From an uncultured Gemmatimonadaceae bacterium (lineage in GTDB: Bacteria > Gemmatimonadota > Gemmatimonadetes > Gemmatimonadales > Gemmatimonadaceae), in the NCBI GenBank assembly GCA_963740355.1, contig CAVUDW010000003.1:608001-672000 (forward strand): a stretch of DNA of 64,000 nt, read 5' to 3'. Every line of letters starts with the position of its first letter. Positions within the stretch are counted from its first letter, which is position 1. This document shows positions 60,575-64,000 of this stretch, piece by piece. The position numbers and the translations under genes were made by a program. Under the pieces are notes generated by a model, which searched no databases, was not told where the DNA came from, and was given only the letters and a program-made list of their open reading frames with translations.

Positions 60575-62017
60575 GTGCAGATCTTTCTCCGTGACCTCGT
60601 GCTGCTGGCTGTCGCCGTGTTGCTGGTGGGCGTCCTCTTCCGACGCCCGCTGCGACGCCTGGCGAACCGCATGGCCGCACGCGCGCGAATGAAGTACCGC
60701 GGACGCCTCGATCGCTTCAAGCTGCTGGGCCGCGCCCATGTGCGTGGGCTGCTGCTGGACGATGCCGTGATCGCAGCCGCGGTGCAGGACCATGTCGCCG
60801 CCACCGGCACCGATAGCGGCACGGCGTGGAAGATGGTGGATGTCTACATCCGCGAGATCGTTCCGTTCTTCAACATCATCGCGTATTACGAAGTCGGATT
60901 TCGGCTGTCGCGGATGCTGTTGCGATTGTTCTATCACGTCACGGTCGAATACGAGGATCGCGCCGCCACGAAGCGCCTGCCGCGTGACGCGGTGGTCGTG
61001 TACCTGATGAATCACCGCTCGAATGCTGACTACCTGCTGGTCGGGTATGCGCTCTCCGGGCAGGTCGCGATCTCGTACGCAGTGGGCGAGTGGGCCCGCG
61101 CCTTCCCGCTGGAGCAGATCTTCAAGTCGTTCGGCGGCTACTTCGTGCGGCGCAAACATCGCGAACGGCTCTATCACACGGTGCTCGAACGTTATGTGCA
61201 GCTGATCACCCGCGAGGGCGTGACGCAGGGCATCTTCCTCGAGGGCGGCCTGACTCGTGATGGCAAGTTGCGTCCGCCCAAGATCGGCCTGCTCGACTAC
61301 GTACTCGGTATCGGGCACGACCCGGCCTACCACTCGCGCATCTACGTGATTCCAGTGGCCGTCAATTACGATCGCGTGCTGGAAGACCGGTCGTTGCTGC
61401 GCGAGCTGGACACGACCTCTGGTGGTCGAGCACCAGGCAAGCTGGCGCAGCTTGGTGAAGTAGTGCCATACCTGTTCTGGAACCTGACGCGCATGGTGAC
61501 GCGTCGATGGAAGCGATACGGGCGCGCCGCCGTCATGATCGGCGCACCGGTGCCATTGGCCCCATGGTACGCCAATCAGCCCGAACTCTTCACCATCCCG
61601 CGTCCGGAACGGCTGGCGCTGGTGGCGGAGCTCACCGACCGCATCATGGATCGCATCGGCGCGCTGATTCCGGTCACGCCCGTGCCGCTGGTCTGCGCCG
61701 CAATTCAGAGCCTTGGCGGTGAGTTGATCCCGCGCAGCAAACTGATTCGGCGAATCGACGAGATCCGGGATGAGCTGGTCGAGATCAACGCACGGGTGGT
61801 GCGCTCGGACCGCGACGCCACCGAAACGCTCGACCTGGCGCTCAAGATGCTCGAGATGCGCCGCGTGGTGCTGGTGCAGGGCGACGACTTCCTCGTGTTG
61901 CCGCGCGGCCGGGAACTGGTGAGCTACTACGCCAACAGCATCGCACACCTGCTCGGCCCGTATGCGGCGTCGGTGCGGGCGCGAGATGCCCTGCCGATGG
62001 AGTCGCTCGCACTCTGA
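60575..62017 (+). CDS. Glycerol-3-phosphate/lysophospholipid acyltransferase (PlsB/PlsC-like)
   Basis: NHRSNADY (HX4D), GGYFVRR, FLEGGLTRDGKL, IPVAVNYDRV; GTG at 60575. Confidence 0.85.
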   Translation: MQIFLRDLVLLAVAVLLVGVLFRRPLRRLANRMAARARMKYRGRLDRFKLLGRAHVRGLLLDDAVIAAAVQDHVAATGTDSGTAWKMVDVYIREIVPFFNIIAYYEVGFRLSRMLLRLFYHVTVEYEDRAATKRLPRDAVVVYLMNHRSNADYLLVGYALSGQVAISYAVGEWARAFPLEQIFKSFGGYFVRRKHRERLYHTVLERYVQLITREGVTQGIFLEGGLTRDGKLRPPKIGLLDYVLGIGHDPAYHSRIYVIPVAVNYDRVLEDRSLLRELDTTSGGRAPGKLAQLGEVVPYLFWNLTRMVTRRWKRYGRAAVMIGAPVPLAPWYANQPELFTIPRPERLALVAELTDRIMDRIGALIPVTPVPLVCAAIQSLGGELIPRSKLIRRIDEIRDELVEINARVVRSDRDATETLDLALKMLEMRRVVLVQGDDFLVLPRGRELVSYYANSIAHLLGPYAASVRARDALPMESLAL

Positions 62018-62113
62018 GATCGCGGCGCGGCGCCTATCGCCCAATGCTGCGTCGGTCTGTAGTGTTGAGGCAGCCGAACCGGCCCAGCTCGACAGGAACC
62101 CTGACTTGCCGCC

Positions 62114-63241
62114 ATGACCTACGCCGCGATCACCGGATGGGGGAAGTGCATGCCCCCCGCCGTTCTCACCAACGACGACCTCTCGACCTTTCTCGAGACG
62201 TCGGATGACTGGATCGTCTCGCGGACCGGGATGAAGGAGCGCCGAGTCTCCCATGTGAGCGCGATCGACATGTCGGTGGTGGCAGCCTCACAGGCGCTGG
62301 CCTGCGCGGGGCTGGAGGGAAAGGACGTCGACCTGATCATCTACGGCAGTTGCAGCAACGATGAGGGCGTGCCGAACAGCGCATCGGGCGTCCAGATCGC
62401 ACTCGGTGCGACGCGCGCGGCTGCGATGGACGTGAACACGGCGTGCACCAGCTTCTGCTACGGCCTTGCCACGGCGACGGCAATGATTCGCAGTGGCATG
62501 GCGCGCAACGCGGTAGTGATCGGCGTGGAGTTGATCAGCCGCTTCATGGACTGGAGCAATCGCAATGTCGCGGTGCTGTTCGGTGACGGGGCGGCCGCCG
62601 TGGTGCTGCAGGCCTCGGACGTCGAGCAGGGGCTGATCGGCAGCGTGCTGGGATGCGATGCCGAGGCCCGCGAAACGTTGCGGGTGCGCGGGCTCGGGCT
62701 CAGCTACGCGAACAACAACGTGCAATTCGGCGACACGATCTGGGATTTCGATGGCCCGCAGATCTTCAAGCGTGCCGTGACCGCAATGGCCGACGCGTCG
62801 GGTCGCGTGATGGCGGAGTGCAAGCTGACGCCAGACCAGATCGACTTGGTAGTGCCGCACCAGGCAAATCTGCGCATCATCGAGTCGCTGGCGAAGTACA
62901 GCGGCATCCCGATGGAGCGCGTGATGGTGACCGTGCACAAGTACGGGAACATGAGCTCTGCGACGGTGCCGGTGGCGCTGGTCGAGGCGCTCGAGGAAGG
63001 TCGCGTGACGCCTGGAGCGACGATCCTGATGCCGGCGTTCGGCGGCGGGCTGACCTACTGTTCGCTGGTCGTGAAATGGGGGCAGCGTGTCACGCCGCTT
63101 GGCGTGTCAGACAAGGTGTTGCCGCCCTGTACGCAGACGGCGCTGGAGCTGGTGAACGATGCGCGAGCGAAGCATGATGCGCACGGGCGTTCGCTGGTGG
63201 GGTTGATGGCACCGGAGTTTGTGGAAACCACCCACGTGTAG
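62114..63241 (+). CDS. fabH: 3-oxoacyl-ACP synthase III
   Basis: TSDDWIVSRTG, ACTSF (Cys), LFGDGA, PHQAN (His), YGNMS (Asn), FGGGL. Confidence 0.9.
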   Translation: MTYAAITGWGKCMPPAVLTNDDLSTFLETSDDWIVSRTGMKERRVSHVSAIDMSVVAASQALACAGLEGKDVDLIIYGSCSNDEGVPNSASGVQIALGATRAAAMDVNTACTSFCYGLATATAMIRSGMARNAVVIGVELISRFMDWSNRNVAVLFGDGAAAVVLQASDVEQGLIGSVLGCDAEARETLRVRGLGLSYANNNVQFGDTIWDFDGPQIFKRAVTAMADASGRVMAECKLTPDQIDLVVPHQANLRIIESLAKYSGIPMERVMVTVHKYGNMSSATVPVALVEALEEGRVTPGATILMPAFGGGLTYCSLVVKWGQRVTPLGVSDKVLPPCTQTALELVNDARAKHDAHGRSLVGLMAPEFVETTHV

Positions 63242-63271
63242 CTCGCCGGCTGCACGTGGTAACGCAGGATT

Positions 63272-64000
63272 TCACAACAACACGTGCGCCAGCTCCCGCC
63301 CCCGCGGCGGCCCATCATCGCCGTGCATCGGCTCGATCGTCAACGCCGCCCCCATCACATTGCACGGCTGCACCGGCATCCCGGTGGTGAAGATCATCGG
63401 CGCGGCGGGATTCACGTTCACCGACGCCCCACGCACCATCCCGTCCGAACAGACGAACCAGAACTGATACCGACCGTCGGCCGGTGCGGCGGGAAGCCCA
63501 TGGAGCACGACATTCCAGCGATGGGTCTTGGCATCGGCAAAGATCACCATCCCGCCTTCCTTGCCGTGCATCATGATCTTCGCCTGCATCACGCGCGCGG
63601 CCTGACGCATGATGGAGACGGTGTCCTGCAGCGCAGCGAGCTGCGCATCGAGCGATGATCCGGCAGCGATCACCGCGGGCGCCGCACTCGCAGGCACGGA
63701 CGCCACCTCAGGTCCGACCGAGGCGCCAGAGAGCCGCCCCAGCTGCCAGCCAACCAGTCCGGTGAACAGCGACGCGGCGATTGCCGCTGGCACCGCCCAA
63801 CGACGCAGCCCGCCCCGCGCACGACCGGTCGCATGCTCCAATATCTGCTGCTGGAAGCCCGGACGCGGCGTCACCGGCGACACACCCATCGGCAACCAGC
63901 GCAACTCCGATTCGATGCGCTCAACGGCCTCACGGCACGCCTCGCACCGTTGCACGTGCTCGGCGAACACCACCATCTCGGCCGGCTCGAGTGCGCCAGC
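63272..64000 (-). CDS. Anti-sigma factor (ZAS/RskA type), 5' end outside the window
   Basis: HVQRCEAC (HX3CX2C), TM segment, GLPAAP..RYQFW, LTIEP..G..PP RskA-like C-terminus. Confidence 0.82.
   Translation of the reverse strand, partial: AGALEPAEMVVFAEHVQRCEACREAVERIESELRWLPMGVSPVTPRPGFQQQILEHATGRARGGLRRWAVPAAIAASLFTGLVGWQLGRLSGASVGPEVASVPASAAPAVIAAGSSLDAQLAALQDTVSIMRQAARVMQAKIMMHGKEGGMVIFADAKTHRWNVVLHGLPAAPADGRYQFWFVCSDGMVRGASVNVNPAAPMIFTTGMPVQPCNVMGAALTIEPMHGDDGPPRGRELAHVLL

Noticed and set aside
59282..62254. 990-aa ORF as a single fusion protein
   Set aside because: Only the last 388 aa are a dipeptidase; the upstream part is antisense to the acyltransferase and fabH.

Overview
GC-rich bacterial chromosome segment. 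The gene content (many exported peptidases, DUF885, DUF5916, GH109, Tad pili) suggests a Gemmatimonadota-like organism; this is an inference. From left to right: (1) the end of a Chloroflexus-type glyoxylate-assimilation / 3-hydroxypropionate bi-cycle cluster (tail of a family III CoA-transferase, mct, mcl, mch); (2) housekeeping and secreted-hydrolase genes (RidA, YaeQ, LpxR, Uup, DUF885, a doubly frameshifted S9 peptidase, M20, M24, acyl-CoA ligase); (3) a GH109-GHMP kinase-nucleotidyltransferase operon resembling a GalNAc salvage route; (4) a hybrid histidine kinase, NhaC, TIGR04076, AKR and Hsp20; (5) a lower-GC Tad/Flp pilus locus with two Flp pilins (one missing from the ORF track), flanked by four GT-C-like polytopic membrane proteins; (6) a TAT-exported PLP enzyme, dipeptidase, acyltransferase, FabH and an anti-sigma factor. 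The most striking non-coding feature is a family of five intergenic, nested-palindromic mosaic elements (about 13.8, 15.1, 23.4, 27.0 and 36.5 kb). Four share a core CAACTGCTTTTTGGGAAC-variable loop-GTTCCC..AG..TTGCAGTT, and they carry 43-bp tandem arrays, REP-like 45-bp units and 8-9-bp unit arms in different combinations. No rRNA, tRNA, CRISPR array or transposase was recognised. All protein assignments come from motif recognition, not database searches.
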